The notes beneath the pieces are model-generated. The model was given only the letters and a program-made list of their open reading frames with translations, did no database searches and was not told the DNA's origin. This document shows, one piece after another, positions 37,284 to 50,893 of a stretch of 64,000 nucleotides of DNA. This DNA is from Lama guanicoe (taxonomy: Eukaryota), in contig MU054187.1 of assembly GCA_013239625.1 (NCBI GenBank), positions 13,796,974-13,860,973 of the forward strand, read 5' to 3'. Positions within the stretch are counted from its first letter, which is position 1, and each line of letters opens with the position of its first letter. The translations under genes and the position numbers were made by a program.

Positions 37284-38699
37284 AGAATACCATCTTTGAT
37301 TCTAGAGGAGAACCATAGGTCCTTTCAGCAGGAGTCTCCTGAAAGGCTTGGCATGACTTACTGGTTACTGGGCGGTGATGGACCAAGGCAACAGAATATC
37401 TTATACTTTTCTAAATTTTATGTAATTACATATATAATGTATAGTAATATATATAATTATTGTACTGTGCCCTCTGGAATTAGGAATACTGCTGACTAGA
37501 ATTAAAAAGAAGTTGCCAGTTACAGTGTTAATATCATCCTGTTCACACAAGAATTTCTGTAAGCTCTAAAGTCATTTCTAGTAAATCCCAGAAACTAGAA
37601 AAAAACCCATATTTGATGGTGGCTCTTTCTCTTTCTCACTGTCTCCTGACTCAGCCTCAGAGTCTTTCTCAACACAGTTGTCCAGGTAGTCATTGGCGTT
37701 AGAGCTGAATTCTAATTGTCACCTGGGCAAATTTGATAAAATACTATCATTAAGATTGCATCCAAATATTAGAAGTTATTCTTTCCCCATATTTATTGTA
37801 TTTCCAGAACATGTGAAGTAGAAAGAGAAATCAAAGAATCACGTGGTCTAGTACTGATGAAGTCATACGTTCGGTCCTTGTGGGCAACATTTATCCCGAC
37901 GTAATGAAAAAGCTCTCTTACTCTTTCCTTTGTAATGTCAGGGAATATGAAGTGAACATTAGGGAAGTAAAGAGACAAGATAGCTCATGTACTCTGCCAT
38001 CATCATTGAATGTCAGCATTCTTTCCATCGCTTTGACACGTTTTCTTCTGTTCCTTCTCAAGGGTTTTCATTATTCATGTATGCAAGCATTCATTAATTA
38101 ATTTAATAAGTGTTCATTGATTTCTAGGTACTGTACCAGGCCAGCAGAGAAAGAAGTGTAAAACAATAAAATCCATTTTTCAAGAGCTTTTTCAGTTAGG
38201 GTTTGTGTGTGTGTGTTTTGGTGGGATAGGTGGGGGCCAATTGGCAAGCAACTTAAAAAAAAGTTACAAGATCCGAAGAACTAAGTTTTAGGAATGCTGG
38301 AGCAAGGGTCACTCGTAGCATCTAGATGGCAGAATTAAGGGTTTGTCCCAACAGAGGCAGTGCTGTTGAAGTGTATCAGCTCCACCTCTTGTCCATTTGG
38401 GATCATTCTACCAGTTGAAAATCTGGGAGGAGCTTCTGATTAGCCTGGTGTATAAGCAGGAGCCCACCCCTTGAGAAAGGAGGGCAGAGTAGTTTGATTG
38501 ACGGGCTTTCCAACAGAGCCAGAGCCCAGGTAACTCCAAAGTTCCGCTACCAGAAGAGAGAACAGACTCTGCCCAGGCGAGAAGAGCAGATGCCTGCTGC
38601 AGAGGGGGCAGGTGAGAGCCATTCTCACCCGCTGTGAGGGTGAGGTGTTAGGGGTTCGGATGGACAGGTTGCAAGAGGAGATCCACGTATTAGAAAGCA

Positions 38700-39330
38700 G
38701 CAAAAGATGGGGTTGGATGGGTTGGGAGGGACTAGATCATAAAGGGCCTCTTATGGTCTGTTCGTGAGGTTGTGCTTTATACTGTGAATGATGGCTAGAG
38801 ATTGAAGGATATAAACATAAAAAATTATTTTAGAAAAATGACTCGGCTGGCAAGGCAGTGGACAGATGACATGAGAGAAGAGCAAGGTCATCAATTAAGA
38901 GAAGTGGCAGGGACAAAGGGCAGCACTGGTGGAGCTGAAAGAGGGCAGGTTCTTGACACACTTAAAATGTAAAGGATTTGGTGACCAGCTGACCATGAGA
39001 CATAGGGGAGAATTAGAATTCTGAGTGACTTTCGGGCTTCTGGCTCAAGCCAACTAAGAGAGGAGATAGAAAAAAGTAAGTGCTGAACTTTTGACACATG
39101 GACTTGATATTTCCCTGGGACTTCCAGGTGGCATAGCCCAAGAGGCCATGGTGTAAAAGGATCAGAGACCAGCCAAGTGGTCGGGGCTGGGGGTTTGGCC
39201 GTGAGCAGTACGGATAGGTGGTAGTAAAGCCCTTGATGTCGGCAGGATTGCTCAGGCAGAGCAGAAAGTGTTAAGAGGGCAAGTTAGAATCCTTGGAATT
39301 CACAGGATTTGAGACAGGAGGAAGAAGAGA
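38700..39330 (-). mobile_element. L2 fragment
   Basis: agatcataaagggcct, gagtgactttcgggcttctggctcaagc, cttccaggtgg. Confidence 0.65.
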
Positions 39331-40184
39331 GGGCAGGAGGAAAAAAGGAACGTCATCTGTCCCTGCCTGACCCTTCCCTACCCCCAAACTGTAAGTAGGT
39401 TTGATAAATCTGTAGAGATTCAAATAATCCCTTTTCTCTAAAAAAAGCACGTCCCTAGTACAGTACATCCTGGTACCATGGGGAGCTCTTGAATATGTGC
39501 GATTTGAAAAGACTATTTGATCAGTGACCGACAGCTGACACCAACCATCACTAGAAGGCTTAGAATTTTTTTAAGATTTGGACCAGCATCAGTGTATTCA
39601 GTGTTTGAATTAGAAAGCCACCGAGTGCATGCGTGGTATGTGTAGTTCTACACAGAGATGTTCACACAGAGTATTCCAGTTGACTTTCTGAGGTGCACCC
39701 ACCTTAATTTAAATCACCTTCGTTATGCTTCTACCCTGTGCATAAACACGGTCATCTCTTAGTCCTTCATCTTTAAATAACTTATGTCAAAGCAAATTTA
39801 GGAGGTTTCCAGGTTATGAAAATAAAATGATAATTTTACTAAGGTCAAGAAAAGCAAGAAACATTTCACTAAGGTACTACGACAGGACTCTGTTGCTGTT
39901 CTGAAACACATGTGTAGAGTCAGTACATAATGCCATTCTCATAAATCAGAAAAAAGCTTCTGACATTGCACCGTCTGTGACAGGACATACCGATGTGTAT
40001 AGGGCTCAGAAAAGGATGACTCGGGGTTGGGGAAACCTGACTCTTAGAATCAGCATCCCATGTTCTTACAGTGGGCTTTTTTTTTTTTTACCATGTTTCT
40101 GACAATCCCTTTTTTGTTCTTTTAAGTTCTAAAAACAGTATGTGCAAAATGCATGTTCATAAAAACTGGGGAAGTTTTTCATGA

Positions 40185-40480
40185 ATTCATCGACAAATGT
40201 TTATTTGAGTTCTCTATGCCGGGCTTTGTCCTTGGACATAGAGGTACCATGTTGAATGGACCAACATGGCCCCTATCCTCTCAGCTTGCAGTCTGTAGAG
40301 AAAGACAGGCACAGGGTATTAAAAATGAGGCCTGGTAGGTCTTCTGACGTTGGAGAGCCCAGGAGCCATGCGAGCATGTAGCCAGAAGCACCTAACTAAA
40401 TGTAGGTCAAAGAAGGTAACTGAGAGGGAATGTTCAAGCTGAGACCTGCAGATGAGTGGCAGAGGGGGTGAGGCAGGGTC
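40185..40480 (-). mobile_element. L2 3' end
   Basis: attcatcgacaaatgtttatttgagttctctatgccgggctttgtcc..agcttgcagtct..caagctgagacctg. Confidence 0.7.
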
Positions 40481-42469
40481 AGAAAGAGACAGCAGAGGGA
40501 ACGTCAGTCGGTGCAAGAAGGTCCAGATGCCAGAGAGGGGATGGTACCTGGGTCCGTTTGTGGAAACAGAGGAAATCCAAGATGCTGGAAGGGCAGCACG
40601 TGAAAAGGAGATTTCTGCTGATGTCAGTCCTGTTTGTTTGCAACGTTGTCTGTAAGATGACATTTCTATTCGAAACAAAATTTCTCAACGTATGCTTCTT
40701 CAAGACCTTGACATTTCACACAGAAAAATGCTCTGCTCCTTAGATGGAGTTTGTAGTGCAGGCCTGTTGTAGTGTAGCCTCCTCCGTAAATATCCTAATA
40801 TTAGGCTCACAAGCTCTCTCTGGGCTTCTCCAAGTTCACAGTGTGTGGTCCTTCTTTTTTTGGAAATTTCTACCTAAGAAACTTGAAAGAGAATTGGAAG
40901 CAAAGCTACAGGGAAAGAAGTTGGTAATACAAAAAAGCCGTCAATAAATTCTCTTACCAGCATGGTAAGCGACCTGAAAACAAACTTAACCTCAAACGCA
41001 GTACATCAGCCAGTGTTCTGTAGTGACCTCTAAGAAATTGTTTCTTGTCACTGAGTGGTAAGTAGTTTTCTAAGCCTGAGAATGATTGTTCACCCGTGGT
41101 AGGATTACATACCCTGGTTGATTTTGTTTAGAAACAGAACCCTGAGGCACAGAACTCAGAGATTAAACCCATATCATGTTTATCCAGATCAATACTTAGA
41201 ATTAAGTGTGTGTCCTAAATAGCCATCGTAAAATTACTTTGCTCTCCAGGACAATGTTCTTCTTCCAAGTTCGATGACATAGAATAATGAGGATGAGGTG
41301 CCTATAGAATTCCCTTGGGAGGTCTGCTCCACATGAATGCTCGTCTCACAGCATCAATTACCTGGGAAGCTCGGTGTGAAGTCACTGGGGAATGCTGCTG
41401 AGAATAATAAAAAGCATCCTCTCTCCCTGGCAAAAAGCTGGTGATGTCTCCACAGCTCTTTGAGATGAAAGAATCTGATTCAACTCACTCTTTGCTGTTG
41501 ATAGCTTTTGATAGTAACATATTGAAATACCTATTCTTGAAAACAAAGCAATTTTTAAAAACTGATTAATCAGTATGAGTGTTTTTATGGTATTTTCTCA
41601 TGACTTTGTGAGCATTTTTTGGAAGAGTTTTAGTATTTTTCTCTTAACTCTGGAAATTTTAGACTGCCTACGTGACCGTAACAGAAAAATTTCCTCACTT
41701 AAACAGGTTTATTTTGTGTGTATATTATATTTAGCCTGTTTTCAGGCTTGACCCGTCATCTTTCTCCCTCAGTGAGTGATGAGAAAACTGTCTAAGGAGA
41801 TTTATTCTTTGTCGTTTGCAGCAAGTATGCTGCCTTGGGGTAGACATGTGACTTTCTCTGTGGGGGACGGGCTGCAACAATGGAACTCATTAACAATAAG
41901 ATGGCAGCAATAAAAATCCAAAAATAAACCATGATCTAAGTATTGTGGCTTAGGTCACAAACTATATTGTTCCAGATAGTTAAAAGAGTTCGTTGGTTTT
42001 TTCCACTAAAATTTTGTTTTAGTAATTTCATTTTGACCTTAAACAATGATGGTTCTGCACTAGCACGTGAATTCTAGAAAAATGTAATGGCCTTGGAAAT
42101 GGAGACATTGGTCCGCGTTCTTTTAGTTGAATGTCTTTTTAAATAAGATGCACGATGCCTCTAAATCCCATGTCACAGAGGCCCAGAGGCAGCCTGCTCT
42201 GGATGCCCGATGGGCAGCCATGGTTAGGAGCTGGATTTGTCAATGCCAAGGGGAGAGTAGGGACTCCTGTGCAGGGCAGCTGGAGAGGTCTTGGCCACAG
42301 AGGACAGGGCAGGCCAGAGTCCATGAGAGGAAGTGTGGAAACACCAGAGGCCGACTGAAGTCCTGGTTACTGGAGATGGAATTAGAGTCTGGAAACCTGG
42401 GAGGCAGAGCCCTGAGAGATGCCAGGAGCACCACTGCTGTGCAGCTCGTCTGCAAGGTATATCCTATCT

Positions 42470-43020
42470 GTCCCCAACACTGACGTCAAAATGTTCTTTC
42501 TAAAATACCCATCTGATCTTCAGATCACCAGTCTGAAATCCTTCATGGGTCCTCTGATTTTCAGGTTAAAAAAAAAAATCAACGACCTTTTCTGCTTGTC
42601 TCAGTAGGCCTTTTTTTAAACTGGTGTTGGTCCACCAGTCTTGTTTCCCATTGTTTCCTGTTGGTACCAGGGATGCCCTCACACCTTAGGCTGCAGAACC
42701 TGTGAAACTTCCCCAAGTTCATGGTGCTGTTTCACACCTCCGTGTTGGTCCTTCTGCTGGATTATCCATCCTCTTTGAGCTATCTTATAGCTAATTCTTC
42801 CGTAGCCTTCGTGGATAGGCTGGGTTGAAAATTCATAGTCCCCCACAATACCTTCCATATGCCTTTATTGTAATATTCACTACATTTTACTCTAATCCTT
42901 CATTATTTGGCTCTTCACTATGTCATATGCTTCCTGAGGGCAGAGACCAGGGCTCATTGCACTTTGCATTTCAGTGCCCAGTGAAGTGCTTAATAAATAT
43001 TTCAGGAAATATTGAATTTG
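42470..43020 (+). mobile_element. L2 fragment
   Basis: ctttctaaaatacccatctgatc, gcttcctgagggcagagacc, gtgcttaataaatattt. Confidence 0.6.
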
Positions 43021-43272
43021 CTAATTAATTAATTAACTACTTTATAATTACTGAAAGGAGAAAGAAAGGAGAGAATTTAATTCACTCATTCTTTCACTTA
43101 AGGTACATTGTGTTTATAAATAACCTTAAAACATTTCGAGTCGAGATAGATATACAGGTGGATATAGATATAAATTTAGATAGATCGATAAATAACAGAG
43201 ATAGATTGTAGTTTAAAAATTATTTCATTCATGTAATTGCTCACCAATAAATATGTATTGAATGACAGCTAT

Positions 43273-43706
43273 GTTATTGAGATGAAATTTACATACCAAA
43301 AAATTCACGCATTTTAAGTGTGCATGTCAATGATTTTTAGTATATTGTCAGAATTGTACAGTCTTTGCCATGTCCTAATTTTAGAACATTTCCATCAACC
43401 CAAAAGCAAAGTTTGTGCCCATTTGCAGTCACTCTCCCAGCTCTAGGCAACCACTAATCTACTTTCTGCCTCCATAGATTTACCTTTTCAGGCCACGTCC
43501 AAAAATGTAATCACATCTCTGTAATCTTTTGTCTTTGGGTTCTTTCACTTAGCATGAGATTTTTGAGACCTACCCACGTTGCGTAGATTATCTCAGTATT
43601 TCATTTCTCCTTATTACCAAATAGCATCCCATTATATGAATATTCCACATTTTGTTTATCTTTTCACTGGTTGATGGACATTTTGTGTTGTTTCCGTTTG
43701 GGGGAA
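43273..43706 (-). mobile_element. Old L1 3' end (L1MB/L1MC-like)
   Basis: ttattgagatgaaatttacatacc..ttttagaacatttccatca..ctaggcaaccactaatctactttctg..ttgatggacattt. Confidence 0.88.
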
Positions 43707-45528
43707 TAAAATGAACTTTGGAATTAAAGAAAAATTCTTCTGCTTTTGAGTCTGGCTTATGCTTTGCATTGCTACCTGTAAAATCTGTCTTTATTTTAGA
43801 TTTGTTAACCAGACTGGGACCCAGCTTCTTTTATTTGTGACACTAAAAATGGTTATTTTTTCTGAAATTATTCATTCCACTACCAAGTCTACATTAAAGC
43901 CTGCTCTAGCCATGAAAAAGAAAGTTCAAATTGCTAAAAGTTTAAAGCTCTGTAGTCATAGTGGGATCCTGCAAGAGAGATTTTTCTGAAGCCAACCTGT
44001 CACATTTTCTATATACATTGAGCTTTGAGACATAGGAAGAATTTTATTTCAAGTCACTTGCTCCTGTGAACAGTTACTGTGTGGAAATGGACGTGATTTT
44101 CATCTTGAATCCTTTTCAAAGTGGACTTGTCAAATGCTGTACAGTAAGAGGAACTAGATGATTCAATAATTATTGTTTTCTTCTCTCCCAAGAAGCAAAT
44201 CGCTGTCATTACTAACTGTCATCAGTTAAATCAACTATCATCTCAGTGTCTGTAGACCAGCTGAAGATCCCTCCTTTAATGGAATAAAGCCAAAAATAAG
44301 CATTCTCATTTCCCACAAAATCTTTCTGCCTGTCCCCACACATGCTTGCCTCTCTTGTAGCACTTTGTACTTTCTCTAATTCTCACTCTGTCTGTCACCC
44401 CCACAAGACTTGAACTTCCTTGAGGACAACAGCTAAATCCTCCTTGGCTAGAGCCATCATTTCTAGAAGTGCCCAACTTCAGCTTTTGATATGACTTTAA
44501 ACGATTTACCACTAAAATTGTATATGACCATTTTATCTCATGGGGTCATCAAATGCGTGACTGTACTTCCTTAAGTTAAAACTATAAAAGGATACCATGA
44601 TTAGTCAATTCAGATGCTGCAGAGCGTCCAGAACCATGTGTTACATGTCTTTTAAGACAGCAGATACAAGAAGAATCTCACAAAGTCCCTCACATTTTAA
44701 AATCAGAAAAGAGTGGTTGATTCTCACATTTGCCAAAGCTTCTGGTTCCATCCTCCTGAAAAATAAAGACATCTGGATGCATAGACGGGGTCTTACAGGT
44801 AGCCGGTGTGTGTCCTTTTTGAAAGATCTCTGGCAGATCCTGAACTTGCTACGTCGACAGAGGTGAGTGTCAAGTCGGCCTGGTACCTGTCTTCATATGA
44901 TGGGCGGGTTCTGCTCCCCCAGGCCAAGGGACATTTAGTCTGTTTCCTTTTTGAAGCAAGTGTTTATATAACCTGACGTTTTGAAAAAATTGGCTTTGTC
45001 TTCCCCAGTGCCTGTGACTCCCTGTAATTCTGAAAAGCAAGCTCTCACAGCAGACATCACTGTGCTTCTCCAAGCACCTGACATTTGCACAGAATAAAAA
45101 CGAAGTCTCACAGCTGTGAGGACACCTTTTATCACTTTGGACAAATAACCAGTTGACTTAAATCCTCTCATAACAGCCAGTGCTGAAGTTGCAGTCAAAA
45201 GAAAAGTCTTACCTACTTGAACTAATGCCATTTTACTGCGCAGTGGGAAACTCCTTCCAGTTGATAATCGGTTTTAGATCCTGAAATCTCAGCAGTAGGA
45301 AGCCTTATAATCATTCCAGCAAACGTAAGTGGTAGGTTTTACTCCTGTGTAAGGAGCTAATCTGTTTGCTGCAATAATATTCAACTTCTGCAGGTGTCAC
45401 AGGTTAATTGCACATCGTAGTACAAATACAGCAAGCTCACAAGTCATTTGATATCTGCAAAATTCTCAAGCCCAGTGATTCCCACAGAGAGCCTGGAAGT
45501 GTCTTGATTCTTCAGAGCTGGTCAGCAG

Positions 45529-45832
45529 ACACATGGGTGGACTTGGAGGGTATGCTAAGTGAAATAAGTCAGAGAAGCACAAACACTGTATGATATCACT
45601 TACATGTGGAATCTAAAAAATACAAAAACCTAGTCGATAAGACAAAAAAAAGAAGCAGACTCAGATATAGAGAACAAACTAGTGGTTACTAGTGGGGAGA
45701 GAGAAGGGGAAGTGGCAACACAGGGGTAGCAAAAAAGGGTTCTTATGGGATTAGATGAAACTTTTGAAAATTGTAAGGCATGGTAGAATTTAAAGAATGT
45801 TTCATTCAATAAAAAAAGTGAAATAAATAAAA
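45529..45832 (+). mobile_element. 5'-truncated L1 3' end with degenerate TSD
   Basis: atgctaagtgaaataagtcaga, tatcacttacatgtggaatctaaaaaa, A-rich tail. TSD-like ttcagagctggtcagcag (45511-45528) / ttcaaagctggttatcag (45838-45855). Confidence 0.88.
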
Positions 45833-47329
45833 TTCATTTCAAAGCTGGTTATCAGGAAACTTTCACGGCAACATATATTGGCTCTACTTCACTTCTATCA
45901 CCGCCTTTCTCCTTCTGTAATTTCAGTACTTCCACACGAGATGACTAAAGATCCCTGACTTCCTATTTTGTTGCTACATAAAGTGAGTTGTTTGTCAGTG
46001 GTCTGCGATGAGATACATACGATAGTTTGTGTCTGCTGAATCTAATTATAGAAACTGGGGGTGCATGTTAGACATGTTGGGTTTTCTTTTCAAGTTCATT
46101 TTTCTATTCCTTAATTTTTACTGTATTTGACAGAAGTATCCATCTGTGAAGGACTTGAGTAGGGGAAGCAGACCCTTTATCCCAGGTAGTTAAAGAAACA
46201 CTACCCCATTCTAGCAGCACCTGGCTTGTGAGCAGAATGGACAGGTCCCCATGTTTCCCACCTAACAATACAGTTTGCTATTATTTGGGAAAGTTAGTGG
46301 GAGAGTTTGTCTCCTCCAGTGGTTTATAATGTCTTCCGTCTGGCATCATGTCAACATCCAAAGATTGTATTTTGGGATGAAGAGACACGTGGGTCTTGAA
46401 TTCTAGGCTTGTGCCCACCGAAGTGCTCCCCACACCTACATGTCGTCCCATCCCACGTACATAATCTCACAAATTACATAAAACAGCTCCCTGTTTTATT
46501 TCTGAAAATATATTCCGTAATACTAGGTTTTTTCCCTACTTTGGGGTTATTGGTACTTAATATTATATTATTCACTGCATTTTAAAATATATTGATAGCT
46601 TTCCTAATTCGGGATTGTTTTTGTTAAAGTGGTGAACTGCAAGGCAGCCTAGGTCTCTGACAAACCTTCCGGCAGGTAGTAGTGCCGATGGCGACTTAAG
46701 TCTCACGGATTTTGTCTTGAGGCTTTGTGCTAATGGTGAAATTCTGCAACTTGCTGCTGATAATGAAAACATAGAAGACCGTGATTATCATCATATTATG
46801 ATAGCATTATCCCTGACAACCCTCTTTTGGTCACCATGATTAGCTGCCTTGTCTAATTTGAACAAATGAGCAGTTTGAGTACCTTTGCACCAGCTCCTTC
46901 CATTTATGGCTGGCTGGTCTTCAGCGACAGCCAGGCCTGTGGATGGCGTATGCGTGGGTCTGTGTTTACACCGTGGGGACGCTGGCCGGGGCCTGGGGAA
47001 GATGCGCTTCCAAGAGCACTTTTCTTACTGCAGTTGCCATCTGCTCTCTGCACAAAGCGGAGACCACTCTTTTAGTGCCCAGCTGTCTTTGCACAGAAGC
47101 ACTGCTGTCACACCCATTGTCGTGTCTGAGAGTACACCTGTGGATGTCAGGCCTTGTCCTTCCCGTGCCCTTGTACCAGGTTCTATGGGACTTGCTGAGA
47201 GACTGTGTCACACAAGGAGCATGAATCCTACTGTCTGTCAACTTGCACATCCACCCCACAGCCAGAGAGAGGGCAAGTTCTACGTTCTAAAAAAGGCAAC
47301 AACTCTCTGCAGAAGAATGTCACTCATTC

Positions 47330-47366
47330 CGCCCCCGATTGGGCCCTGGCTCGGGAATATATAGGC
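47330..47366 (+). promoter_or_regulatory. Candidate Pol II core promoter (GC box, inverted CCAAT, TATA-like)
   Basis: ccgcccccgattgggccctggctcgggaatatatagg puts the three motifs in canonical order within ~35 bp, in non-repeat DNA with retained CpGs. Confidence 0.4.
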
Positions 47367-48589
47367 ATTTCATAATATTTCAGACATATTCTCGGAAGGA
47401 CTTAAAATTTAGCCAGTTTAACCTTATCTGAGGAAGCCTGCTTCTCCCAGGAGTCACAGGGTTTCAGTTTGTACTGGATGTCCCCAGGGAGGAGAGAACG
47501 GAGACGCACAGAGAAGCGGAGGCCCCGGGAGGGAGGGAGTAAGAATGTCCCTGTCTCTCTCTCGCCCCTGCATCTGGGAAACATTACCTAGAAATCAGCA
47601 AAACCTGGATTTCCCCTGGACATGCTGCTGTGGCTTACACTTCAATATTCTGTTTTTCCTTTTGCTAACAACAGGACAACTTGCATTCAAATTGACCAGT
47701 ATTCCAAACAGAATATGAAATGTTTATCCTGTGGATGAAATAACAGATACATTGGGAAAGAAATTAGAACTGTAGTATTAAATGTGTACATTTTTATGTC
47801 ATCTGCTGTCCTTGGGGGGAGAGGAAGAGGAGTAATTGTAGCATAACTCAATTATGAACTATTAAAGGACATGGAAGTACTGGGGCCTAACTTAATTTTT
47901 GTTTATTCTGCAAAGGTCATTCCTTAAAATATCCTCTTGCAGGCAGGCAGAGTATTTTACTTTGCATAAGGTGGCCGTGAAGAAGACTGGCTTTTAGAGT
48001 CAAATCGGCGGGTTTGCATGTGTGACACAGTCACATCTGCTCACTGGTATATACGTGCATTTCCTTTTGTCTTTCCAACCATAAGCCCTCTGCAGTGTTC
48101 AGAAATACCAGGATTTATATATTGTGTGGATTTGTTCCATTTAAGTATTCCTGCATTTTAAAGAGAAAGCTGCCTTAAGCAATCATTCTAAAGACCAAAA
48201 ATAAATCCATCATGTAGCAGCAGTTTTGAAATAACATTTTTTTTAATGTGTATGGAAAAATTAGATCAAAATGTTCTGGAAGGTGGTGACTTCTACATAG
48301 GCATTAAAAAAACAGTGTTTTCAAATCCTGTCAGCTATAACAAAATAGGGGATATTATATACTATTTCATGAGTGTGAGCTGTTGATAAATGGGCTTCTT
48401 TAAAAATACTGAGTATAATGTGTTACCTACACTATCAATCTGGATCAAGCAATAAGCAATAGTAGTGACTATTTTTAATAAAAAGTTTTATAGCATCTGG
48501 GTTTGCATCTTTTCTCATTAAAAATATAAAGTTTCTTAAATAAGTAAATATTTCATTTGTTCAACTTACTAAACTCTATGTTTCAGGCT

Positions 48590-49163
48590 TTTTTTAAATG
48601 GAGGTCAGTTACAATGTGTCAGTTTCTGGTGTACAGCACAATGTCCCAGTCATGCCTATACATGCATATATTTGTTTTCATATTCTTTTTCATTAAAGGT
48701 TATTACAAGATATTGAACATAGTTCCCTGTGCTATACTGAGGAAACTTTTTTTTAAATCTATTTTTGTATATACTGGCTAACATTTGTAAATCTCAAAAT
48801 CCCAAATTTATCCCTTCCCACCCCCTTTTCCCGGTAACCATGAGATTGTTTACCATGTTTGTGAGTCTGTTTCTGTTTTGTGGATGAGTTCATAGCATCC
48901 TTTTTTTTTTTTAGATCCCACATATGAGTGATATCATAAGGTATTTTTCTTTCTCTTTCTTCTTTACTTCACTTAAATTACAATCTCTACGCCCATTCAT
49001 GTTGCTGCAAATGGCATTATTTTAGTCTTTTTTATAGCTAAGTAGTATTCCATTGTATAGCTATACTACAACTTCTTTATGCAGTCATCTGTCGATGGAC
49101 ATTTAGGTTACTTTCATGTCTTGGCTATTGTATATAGTGCTGCTATGAACATTGGAGTGCATG
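48590..49163 (-). mobile_element. Relatively young L1 3' end with perfect 13-bp TSD
   Basis: Reverse L1 3'UTR (ttagatcccacatatgagtgatatcata, gttgctgcaaatggcattatt). TSD tatgtttcaggct at 48577-48589 and 49164-49176. Confidence 0.93.
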
Positions 49164-49199
49164 TATGTTTCAGGCTCACCTAAATTTTTGTCCTAGTTA

Positions 49200-49395
49200 A
49201 TTCATTAACTTAAATATATAAAGCTGAACAGTTACATTTATAAGCCTGTATTTTCTTATCCATAAAATGGGTTAATAATATATCCTATTTAAAGGGACCT
49301 TTTGAGGAATAAATGAGACAATCACTGCTAAGGAAATAACACAGTGCTTGGCATAAAGTAAGTGCGCAGCATATGGATGCTGTTCTTGTTAGTTA
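49200..49395 (+). mobile_element. MIR SINE
   Basis: tttcttatccataaaatgggttaataata..tgaggaataaatgag..acagtgcttggcataaagtaagtgc. Confidence 0.8.
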
Positions 49396-50640
49396 GTTGT
49401 AGAGATCTTTCAACCTTTATTCTACTGCCTTTGCTATCCCCCTCCTCCAGTTTTGAAAAGGAAATGAGGAAATAAAAATTCAGATTTTAATATTGCAATA
49501 TTTAATGATGTTTCTTCAACCTGGAAACTTCACCCTGTTAGCACTAGAAATAGTTTACTTCAATACAGTAAAAAAATCTCCTTCAAAAAGTAGGAACCAG
49601 GTATTCAAGCAAGTATGGTATTTATTTAGAGAGTGATAAATTTTCCCATGTGAACCTGATTATAAGACTATGGTGTTTTCAAAGATGACAGATTTTAAAG
49701 GTTAATCAAGTCATCGAAACAACAAGCATTTTAAAAGATAGTAGCCTTCTTAATCGGTACTGGATGTCTCATTTAATTCATCCATGCAAAGATCATATGT
49801 TCAGAGGAGAAATTTCCTATAAGTGACAGAGGCAGAGCCATCAGCAAATTAAACAAGAGCATTATTTTTTTTTCTGGTGTAATTTTTCTCTTCTTGACTA
49901 ATTTAACTCATTTGATGTATTTCCTAGAACTGATTTTTGACACATCAGTGTATCCATAACCCCTGAGTGAATCACTGCCTGAGCTTGGGTCCTTGTTTAA
50001 CGTAGACAGCCAAATCATTCTAACAATTTCTTTGCCCTAATTGCTTAATATTGTCTGTCTGTTTTGTATTTTCCAAGACCTCTTCCAAATTAAGTATCCT
50101 CTGTACAAGGTGACACATCAAATTAGTGACAAAGATAGAATATAGGTTGGCTGAATTGTGGTCCTAGGCTACAGCCCATGAACCACACCGAGACAGTGAT
50201 TTTTCTAAAGTGATTTAGTAGCTGGCACTACGGAGTCATCCATTGGAGGCGGTTTGGTGTAACCTTGTCGGGGGACCAGGAATAAATCTAGTTTTTGAAG
50301 TTTCCCTCTCTGCTTTCCTTCCTTTCCTTCAGTAAATATTTATTGAAGGCTTTCTTTAAGTGCTTTGGTAAGAAGCCGGGGGAAATCAGTTGTGGCTCCT
50401 GCCCTCAAGAGGTTGATAATCTAGCAGAAACACCAGAGCAGGAATAGCCTGAACTCGTCTGCTCTGTGGCATGAGAGGTGTCTAAAGTGAGGGGTCATTC
50501 ACACAGCAGAGATGATTTCAGTGTTGGAAACTAAGGAAAATATGAATCTCTTGGAGCCCAATAAAGGATTTAGACCTTTCTCAAGCAGAATAAACCTCCC
50601 AGTAAGCATATAACTTCAGAGAGTTTATGGAACCACTGGA

Positions 50641-50893
50641 GGCATGTGTGTGTGCATGTGACGTGTGTGATGTATGTGTATGTGGTGTGTGTGTGTGATG
50701 TGTACTGTGTGATGTGTGTGTGTGTGGTGAGTGTAGATGTGCACATGTGTGTAGTGTGTGTGGTGTGTGTGTGTAATATGTGATTATATATGTGGTGTAC
50801 ATGTGTTGTGTGTAGTGTATATGTGTATAGTGTCTGTTTATGTGTGGTGTGTGTAGTGTGTATATATGTGTGTGATGTGTGTGTGTGTGTGGT
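50641..50893. repeat. Degenerate (TG)n/(TA)-rich simple repeat, ~250 bp
   Basis: Interrupted tgtgtg tracts are directly visible. Confidence 0.95.

Noticed and set aside
46866..47364. Cluster of overlapping 70-159 aa ORFs
   Set aside because: No recognisable domain; several start at non-ATG codons; expected in locally GC-richer DNA.
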